A stretch of DNA of 64,000 bases from the human T2T-CHM13v2.0 reference genome, Homo sapiens. Position 1 is the stretch's first letter. Each line of letters opens with the position of its first letter. A program made the position numbers and the translations under genes. Under the pieces are notes generated by a model. The model was not told the DNA's origin. It did no database searches and saw only the letters and a list, made by a program, of their open reading frames with translations. Shown here piece by piece: positions 54,637 to 64,000 of this stretch. The DNA lies in NCBI RefSeq assembly GCF_009914755.1, contig NC_060928.1; one strand, 5' to 3'.

Positions 54637-57356
54637 GTGAGTTCTGTGAAGTGCCGTCACTTGTCCCTTTGATAGGTATCCCTAGCATTGTACCCACTAA
54701 CGTGTTTAGCCTGTGTCACCCTAAACCTCAGGCCCTGGTAACCCATCAAAGTATGTGGAGTCCATCAGATACGTGCCTCTGCAACTCCCCAATGAACAGC
54801 ATGTTCCGTTATCTGATACTGGGTTTCACACCTACAATCAATCGCAGGACTTTAGGCTGGTCGTGCTTTGTTGCTCTTCTCTGTGGATTATCTTATGCTT
54901 GAAAAGAAAATTTAATCCCACACTGCCCGTTTCTAGTAACTGAATAAGATGCTGAAGTCACAAGCTGTGGGACATGCAGCAGCAGCTTGTGTTTACATTT
55001 CACTTCCTGGAGGAGGAGTAGGTTGGCACATTCCACCTGGTGGCAGGAAAGGCCCTTCTAGGCTTGAGGAGCCTGCCTGCGTGTCTGTGGGGGGACAGTG
55101 CTTTCCTTCCTTTATTATAAGCCCACCAAAGAGGAGACTTGTATGTTACTAAAAATGCCTATCATCCTCCAGAGGGTATTTGCTATAACTTCTCTAGGGG
55201 AAGTAATTCTTACTTCTGTTTTACTGTCAGCTTGATTTTTCAAAAGAGAACAAAAAGACATTGTACATTTGGGGAACTGCCCCCGCTTATCCATGATGAT
55301 GATTCCCCTCACTTGGGAGAAGAAAATATTTATAATGTCGACGTTTAAATTATCTAAGCCTCCTAAGAGACTGGGGCCTTTGTGTTTTGCTTAGATTTCT
55401 CATCTTTCACACCCAGAATGTGACGCCTGTGTTGTTCGGCTCTTGGCATTTCCTGTCATAGATTATTCTTACATACTTTATTTACAAAGTATTTCCCCCT
55501 TATGAGGTGTTTGCTTTTGCAGTTAACTTGCAACATGTCTCTTTGTCGTTTTTTTTTTTTGCTTTTGTTTATATCTCTCTACCAGCCTCATACTTCAATC
55601 CTGCCTTATTAGTTTTTTTTTTATTATTATTATACTTTTAAGTTCTGGGATACATGTGCAAAACGTGCAGGTCTGTTACATAGGTATACACGTGCCATGG
55701 TGGTTTGCTGCACCCATCAACCCGTCATCTACATTAGGTACTTCTCCTAATGCTATCCCACCCCCAGCCCCCCACCCGCCAAATAGGCCCCGGTGTGTGA
55801 TGTTCCTCTTCCTGTGTGTGTTGTCATTGTTCAACTCCCACGTATGAGGGAGCACATGCGGTGTTTGGTTTTCTGTTCCTGTGTTAGTTTGATGAGAATG
55901 ATGGTTTCCAGCCTCATCCGTGTCCCTGCAGAGGACATGAACTCATCCTTTTTATGGTTGCATAGTATTCCATGGTGTATATGTGCCACATTTTCTTTAT
56001 CCAGTCTATCATTGATGGGCATTTCGGTTGGTTCCAAGTCTTTGCTATTGTGAATACTGCTTCAGTAAACATACATGTGCGTGTGTCTTTATAGTAGAAT
56101 GATTTATAATCCTTTGGGTATATACCCAGTAATGGGATGGCTGGGTCAGATGGTATTTCTAGTTCTAGATCCTTGAGGAATCGCCACACTGTTTTCCACA
56201 GTGATTGAACTAATTTAGACTCCCATCAACAGTGTAAAAGTGTTCCTATTTCTCCACATCCTCTCAAGCATTTGTTTTTTCCTGACTTTTTAGTGATTGC
56301 CGTTCTAACTGGTGTGAGATGGTATCTCATTGTGGTTTTGATTTGCATTTCTCTGATGACCAGTGATGATGAGCTTTTTTTCATATGTTTGTTGGCTGCA
56401 TAAATGTCTTCTTTTGAGAAGTGTCTGTTCATATCCTTCACCCACTTTTTGATGGGGTTGTTTTTTTCTTGTAAATTTGTTTAAGTTCTTTGTAGATTCT
56501 GGATATTAGCCCTTTATCAGATGGGAAGATGGCAAAAATTTTCTCCCATTCTGTAAGTTGCCTGCTCACTCTGATGATAGTTTATTTTGCTGTGAAGAAA
56601 CTCTTTAGTTTAATTAGATCCCATTTGTCAATTTTGGCTTTTGTTACCATTGCTTTTGGTGTTTTAGTCATGAAGTCTTTGCCCATGCCTATGCCTGAAT
56701 GGTATTGCCTAGGTTTTCTTCTAGGGTTTTTATGGTTTTAGGTCTTACATTTAAGTCTTTAATCCATCTTGAGTTAATTTTTGTAAAAGGTGTAATGAAG
56801 GGTTCCAGTTTCAGTTTTCTGCATATGGCTAGCCAGTTTTCCCAACACCATTTATTAAATAGGGAATCCTTTCCCCACTGCTTGTTTTTGTCAGGTTTGT
56901 CAAAGATCAGATGGTTGTAGATGTGTGGTGGTATTTCTGAGGCCTCAGTTCTGTTCCATTGGTCTGTATATCTGTTTTGGTACCAATACCGTGCTGTTTT
57001 GGTTACCGTAGCCTTGTTGTATAGTTTGAAGGCAGGTAGCATGATGCCTCCAGCTTTGTTCTTTTTGCTTAGGATTGCCTTGGCTATGCAGGCTCTTTTT
57101 TGGTTCCATATGAAATTTAAAATAGTTTTTTCCAGTTCTGTGAAAAACATCCATGGGAGCTTGATGGGGATAGCATTGCATCTATAAATTACTTTGGGGA
57201 GTATGGCCATTTTCACAATATTGATTCTTCCTATCCATGAGCATGGAATGTTCTTCCATTTATTTGTGTCCTCTCTTATTTCCTTGAGCAGTGGTTTGCA
57301 GTTCTCCTTGAAGAGGTCCTTCACATCTCTTGTAAGTTATATTACTAGGTATTTTA

Positions 57357-57752
<396 letters not shown>

Positions 57753-58534
57753 TCAGAAATAGCTCTTATTATTTTGGGATACGTTCCCTCAATACCTAGT
57801 TTATTGAGAGTTTATAGCTTGAAGTGGTGTTGAGTTTTGTCGAAGGCCTTTTCTGCATCTATTGAGATGAGATAATCATCTGGTTTTTGTCACTGGTTTT
57901 GTTTATGCGATGGATTACCTTTATTGATTTGTGTATGTTGAACCAGTCTTGCATCCCAGGGATGAAGCCAGCTGGATCGTGGTGGATAAGCTTTTTGATG
58001 TGCTGCTGGATTCAGTTTGCCAGTGTTTTATTGAGGATTTTTGCATTGATGTTCATCAGGGATATTGGCCTGACATTTTCTTTTTTTGTTGGGTCTCTGC
58101 CAGGTTTTGCTTTCAGGATGATGCTGGCCTGGCCTCATAAAATGAGTTAGGCAGAAGTCCCTCTTTTTCTATTGTTTGGAATAGTTTCAGAAGGAATGGT
58201 ACCAGCTCCTGTACACTCTGGTAGAATTTGGCTGTGAATCCATCTGGTCCTGGACATTTTTTGGTTGGTAGGCTATTAATTACTGCCTCAATTTCAGAAC
58301 TTGTTATCAGTCTATTCAGGGATTTGACTTCTTCCTAGTTTAGACTTGGGAGGGTGTATGTGCCCAGGAATTTATCCATTTCTTCTAGATTTTCTAGTTT
58401 ATTTGAGTAGAGGTGTTTATAGTATTCTCTGATGTTAGTTTGTATTTCTGTGGGATCAGTGGTGATCTCCCCTTTATCATTTTTTGTTGCATCTATTTGA
58501 ATATTCTCTTCTTTCTTCTTTATTAGTCTGGCTA

Positions 58535-58795
<261 letters not shown>

Positions 58796-59898
58796 CTAAA
58801 GATTCGGGTACACTGTGTCATTGTTCTCATTGGTTTCAAAGAACTTTTATTTCTGCCTTCATTTCGTTATGTACCCAGTAGTCATTCAGGAGCAGGTTGT
58901 ACAGTTTCCATGTAGTTGTGTGGTTTTGAGTGAGTTTCTTAATCCTGAGTTCTAATTTGATTGCACTGTGGTCTGAGAGACTGTTATGATTTCCATTCTT
59001 TTGCATTTGCCGAGGAGTGTTTTACTTCCAATTTTGTGGTCAATTTTAGAATAAGTGTGATGAGGTGCTGAGAAGAATGTACATTCTGTTGATTTGGGGT
59101 GGAGAGTTCTGTAGATGTCTATTAGGTCTGCTTGGTCCAGAGCTGAGTTCAAGTCCTGAATACCCTGTTAATTTTCTGTCTCGTTGATCTAATATTGACA
59201 GTGGGGTGTTAAAGTCTCCCATTATTATTGTGTGGGAGCCTAAGTCTCTTTGTAGCTCTTTAAGAACTTGCTTTATGAATCTGGGTCCTTCTGTATTGGT
59301 TGCATGTAGATTTAGGATAGTTAGCTCTTCTGGTTGCATTGATCCCTTTACCATTATGTAATGCCCTTCTTTGTCTCTTTGATCTTTGTTGGTTTAAAGT
59401 CTGTTTTATCAGGACTAGGACTACAACCCCTACTTTTTTTCACTTTCCATTTGCTTGTAGATCTTCCTCCATCTCTTTATTTTGAGTCTGTGTATGTGTT
59501 TGCACGTGAGATGTGTCTCCTGAATACAGCACAATCATGGGTCTTGACTCTTTATCCAGTTTGCCAGTCTGTGTCTTTTAATTGGGGCATTTAGCCCGTA
59601 TTTGATTTAAGGTTAATATTGTTATATGTGAATGTGATCCTGTCATTATGATGCTAGTTGGTTTTTTTGCCCGTTAGTTGATGCAGTTTCTTCATAGTGT
59701 TGATGGTCTTTACAATTTGGTATGTTTTTGCAGTGGCTGGTACCGCTTTTTCCTTTCCATGTAGTGCTTCCTTCAGGAGCTCTTGTAAGGCAGGCCTGGT
59801 GGTGACAGAATCTCTCAGCATTTGCTTGTCTGTAAAGGATTTTATTTCTCCTTTGCTTGTGAAGCTTAGTTTGGCTGGATATGAAATTCTGGGTTGAA

Positions 59899-60057
59899 AT
59901 TTTTTTTTTTTTTTTTTTTTTGAGACAGAGTCTTGCTCTGTTGCCCAGGCTGGAGTGCAGTGGCGTGATCTTAGCTCACTGCAACCTCCGCCCCTCCAGG
60001 TTTAAGCAATTCTCTGCCTCAGCGTCCAGAGTAGCTGGGATTACAGGCGTGTGCCAC
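59899..60057 (-). mobile_element. 5'-truncated Alu (right arm) inserted in L1 ORF1
   Basis: T tail and right monomer interrupt the L1 sequence ggttgaaaattctttt. Short gaaa(a)tt duplication. Confidence 0.88.
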
Positions 60058-61587
60058 GAAAATTCTTTTAAGAATGTTGAATATTGGCCCCCACTCTCTT
60101 CTGGCTTGTAGGGTTTCTGCAGAGATCTGCTGTTAGTCTGATGGGCTTCCCTTTGTGGGTAACCTGACCTCTCTCTGGCTGCCCTTAACATTTTTTTCCT
60201 TCATTTCAACCTCCGTGAATCTGACCATTATGTGTCTTGGGGTTGCTCTTCTCGAGGAGTATCTTTGTGGTGTTCTCTGTATTTCCTGAATTTGAATGTT
60301 GGCCTGCCTTGCTAGGTTGGGGACATTCTCCTGGATAATAACCTGAAGTGTGTTTTCCAACTTGGTTCCATTCTCCCTGTCACTTTCAGGTATACCAATC
60401 AAACGTAGATTTGGTCTTTTCACATAGTCTCATATTTCTTGGAGGCTTTGTTCGTTTGTTTTCATTTTTTCTGTAATCTTGTCTTCACGCTTTATTTCAT
60501 TAAGTTGATCTTCAATCTCTGATAGCCTTTCTTCTGCTTGATTGATCCAGCTATTGATACTTGTGTATGCTTCATGAAGTTCTCGTGCTGTGTTTTTCAG
60601 CTCCATCAGGTCATTTATGTTCTTCTCTAAGCTAGTTATTCTAGTTAGCAATTCACCTAACCTTTTTTCAAGGTTCTTAGCTTCCTTGCATTGGGTTAGA
60701 ACATGCTTCTTTAGCTCAGAGGAGTTTGTTATTACCCACCTTCTGAAGCCTACTTCTGTCAATTCATCAAACTCAATTCTCCATCCAGTTTTGTTCCCTT
60801 GCTGGTGAGGAGCTGTGATCCTTTGGAGGAGAGAGCATTCTGGTTTTTTGAATTTTCAGCCTTTTTGCCCAGGTTTCTCCCCATCTTCATGGATTTATCT
60901 ACCTTTGGTCTTTTACGTTGGTGACCTTCGGATGGGGTCTCTGAGTGGACGTCCTTTTTGTTGATGTTGATGTGGCTGTTTTCTGCTTGTTAATTTTCCT
61001 TCTAACAGGCCTGTCTGCTGCAGGTCTGCTGTGGTTTGTTGGAGGTCCACTACAGACCCTGTTTGCCTGGGTATCACCAGCGGAGGCTGTAGAACAGCAA
61101 AGATTGCTGCCTGTTCCTTCCTCTGGAAGCTTCGTCCCAGAGGGGCACCCACCAGATTCCAGCCAGAGCTCTCCTGTATGAGGTTCTGTCGGCCCCTACT
61201 GGGAGGTGTCTCCCAGTCAGGATACACAGGGGTCAGGGATCCACTTGAGGAGGCAGTCTGACCCTTAGCAGAGCTCAAACGCTGTGTGGGGGATCCACTG
61301 CTGTCTTCAGAGTTATCAGGCAGGGATGTTTAAGTCTGCTGAAGCTGTGCCTACAGCCGCCCCTTCCCCCAGGTGCTCTGTCCCAAAGAGATGGGGGTTT
61401 TATCTATAAACCCCTAACTGGGGCTGCTGCCTTTTTTTCAGAGATGCCCTGCCCAGAGAGGAGGAATCTAGAGAGGCAGTCTGGCCCCAGTGGCCTTGCT
61501 GAGAGCTGCAGTGGGCTCCGCCCAGTTTGAACTTCCAGGCAGCTTTGTTTACACTGTGAGGCTAAACCGCTTACTCAAGTCTCAGCA

Positions 61588-61866
61588 ATGGTGGATGCCC
61601 CTCCCCCAACCAACCTCAAACGTCCCAGGTCGACCTCAGACTGCTGTGCTGGCAGTGAGAATTTCAAGCCAGTGGATCTTAGCTTGCTGGCTCTGTGGGC
61701 ATGGGACCCACTGAGCCAGACCACTCGGCTCCCTGGCTTCAGCCCCCTTTCCAGGGGAGTGAACCGTTCTGTCTCGCTAGCATTCCGGGTGCCACTGAGG
61801 TATGGAAAAAAAACTCTTGCAGCTAGCTCAGTGTCTGCCCAAATGGCCGCCCAGTTTTGTGCTTGA
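61588..61866 (+). other. L1 ORF0-like antisense ORF (92 aa) in the L1 5' UTR
   Basis: MVDAPPP...SDCCA resembles the N-terminus of L1 ORF0 (MAGAPPP...SDCCA). The ATG is in a strong Kozak context (gcaATGG) and the frame is open. Confidence 0.6.
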
Positions 61867-63236
61867 AACCCAGGGCCCTGATTGTGTACACACCAAAGGG
61901 AATCTCCTGGTCTGTGGGTCATGAAGACCATGGGAAAAGTGCAGTATCCAGACTGCAGTGCAGATATTGAGTTCCTCACGGCTTCCCTTGGGTAGGGGAA
62001 ACAATTCCCTGAACCCTTGCACTTCCCGAGTAAGGCAACACCCCACCCTCCTTCTACTTGCCCTCTGTGGGCTGCACCCAGTGTCCAGCCACTCCCAATG
62101 AGATGAGCCGGGTACATCAGTTGGAAATACAGAAATCACCCACCTTCTGCGTCGATCTTGCTGGGAGCTGCAGACCAGAGCTGTTCCTATTCGGCCGTCT
62201 TGCCTTATTAGATTTTCCATTGCCAAATGTGTGCCTTACATTTCAAGGGCTTTACCCCATCCTTGACCCTTACAGGTGTGCATCAACACGTGTAATCATA
62301 AGCTTTTATTCCCCTTTGCACTCATCTCTAGGTCCTCTTAGTGCATTATTAGTGGACTCATGTTCATCCTTCCTTTATCCCCTTCCTCCCGTAGTCAGGG
62401 CCAGTAGCACTAAAAGTACTAGAGAACTTCTGTGCACTCTGAAATCAGATCTGTATGTAGCATTACTGGAGAAGGACTAGAAAACCCCATGAGGTAATGC
62501 CAGATACTGTTTTATTTTTACTTTGAGGAATTCAAGGGTAAGGATTAGGACATAGTCCACAAACTGAAACAGTTCAATTTTTTTTTTTCATGACACCTGG
62601 CATCATTTTTAGCCAGTGCCCATACTGTATCCACCTCTGCTGTAAGAGAGGCAGCCAAAGCTGTGTCCATTTGAAACCATGATGTCTCTTAACCCAGTAC
62701 CTTTTAGTGTCACTTTGCTCTCAGAATCTTGTGGCTTAAATGCTCAGTGAGGATCCCAGTATAAACTTTGAACAAATTCCCAATGTTTTTTAAGAAATTG
62801 CTACCATCACCGTTTTTCTAAGACCAATTTGAACTTAGGTGAAAAATCAGTATGCATTTAGAAGTGTTGACTGGAAGAATGAGTTTATAATGGAGAAAAC
62901 CTTAAAGTATGATACAATGAAGTTATATAGGGAATACAGGAAAGTTAGAAAGTCTGGTGACCCCTGCCAAGGGAAAAAGAGCTTTATGTCCACACACAGG
63001 CACAACACACTTCCTGTATTTCTCTCCCTTTGCCTCCCTGGTCAGTGTCCACTGGAATATTTTATTAAAAGAGTAAGTTTATTATCCTTCCATCTGTTTT
63101 GCTTTTTCATTAGTTTTAAATGATAATCTATCAAACTTAGTACCTAGAAATAATACTTTCTCATAAAAAGAAATAATACTTTCTCATAAAACCATGCTCT
63201 TTTAAAGTAATATTCTTTTCTTTTCTCAATATTCAG

Positions 63237-63315
63237 GATTGAATCCAACGACCTGCCTCTGTTGACTGCTATTGCCAGTACTCATTCTCCTTATGTGGCT
63301 CAAATACTCTTATAA
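63237..63315 (+). CDS. FNIP2: FNIP2 last coding exon (probably exon 17)
   Basis: attcag|G ATT GAA...CTC TTA TAA. Encodes [25 protein letters not shown]. Confidence 0.96.
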
Positions 63316-64000
63316 GCTAAAGCTCAGGACAGTTCTTCCTTGGAAGAAAAAAATCAAATTCTCAACTGAAGGAGAAAGGAATAAGCTCTCTGTGATGTCA
63401 AAAGCATGAGAAGAGCAAACAGAAACAGTCATTCCACCTTTTTGTTTTGTGTTTTTGCTGTCAAGCTGATGCTTCATTGAAGACTTAGGTTTACTTGACA
63501 TAATAGCATTTGTGATTGTCGTGAACACTTTAGGCCATTTGTTACCCATGAATCAACAAAGAAACTGACCTTTTTGGTAGGAGGAAACATAAGCACTAAA
63601 CACTAAGCTGTTGCAACAGATTGCCTTGTGCTGTTTGGGCAGAATAAAGACAAGTGACTTGAGCGGGGTGGTCAGCAGTGTACATAATATTCCAGTAGGA
63701 AACTGCTTCCAAGTTTAAGCATGAGCTCCCCAAACTGGAGAAAACATATTTTGCTATTCTGAGACAACAATCAGAATACAGACTTTGGATTCCAGGTCAC
63801 AGTTTGCTTTTTAGACAAGGTAAAGCAAAGAAAGCCACATTGTGCCATCTTCAGCTCCAGTGGCTTTAGCAGTGACTGTTTGACATAAAACATGTAAGAA
63901 TTGCTTGTTGGGAAGAGTGCTTTAGGGACCCACTGTTTTCATTTCTTCTTGGAGTTTACCTTGTTTCAGATGCAGCCATGGGTAGGTCAGAGATGGATTG
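63316..64000 (+). other. FNIP2: FNIP2 3' UTR (continues beyond the window)
   Basis: Repeat-free sequence following the stop codon. Confidence 0.85.

Noticed and set aside
63316-64000. miRNA seed matches such as GTGCCAT at 63842-63848
   Set aside because: Single 7-mers are uninformative without conservation data.

Overview
This is eukaryotic DNA, human or a close hominid (Alu, L1PA and SVA are present). The window holds the 3' part of FNIP2 (folliculin-interacting protein 2) on the + strand. I resolved ten coding exons with GT-AG boundaries and matching splice phases: 10088-10217, 17825-18026, 18346-18434, 20110-20256, 20375-20544, 26882-28208, 29093-29249, 50218-50418, 54521-54636 and 63237-63315. 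They total 2618 coding nt ending ...[10 protein letters not shown], followed by the start of the 3' UTR. They are probably exons 8-17, a numbering I take from memory. The introns are rich in repeats: about 20 Alus, a near full-length antisense L1PA7-like element, a sense SVA, MER39-like and THE1-like LTRs, and a MER45-like hAT fossil carrying nested insertions. Most ORFs in the supplied track are repeat-derived or chance ORFs. I see no CRISPR array, RNA gene or prokaryote-type system. Six leads stand out. (1) An intact ORF0-like frame in the L1 5' UTR has an internal splice donor exactly in phase with the last FNIP2 exon. (2) The SVA carries two serial 3' transductions and an 11-copy 25-mer expansion. 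(3) A minus-strand terminal exon is probably the 3' end of the overlapping gene C4orf45/SPMIP2. (4) A 3'-truncated L1 is still flanked by a target-site duplication (TSD). (5) A 150-bp scar looks like repeated template switching. (6) The large FNIP2 exon encodes a candidate PP1-docking motif. All functional claims are untested hypotheses.
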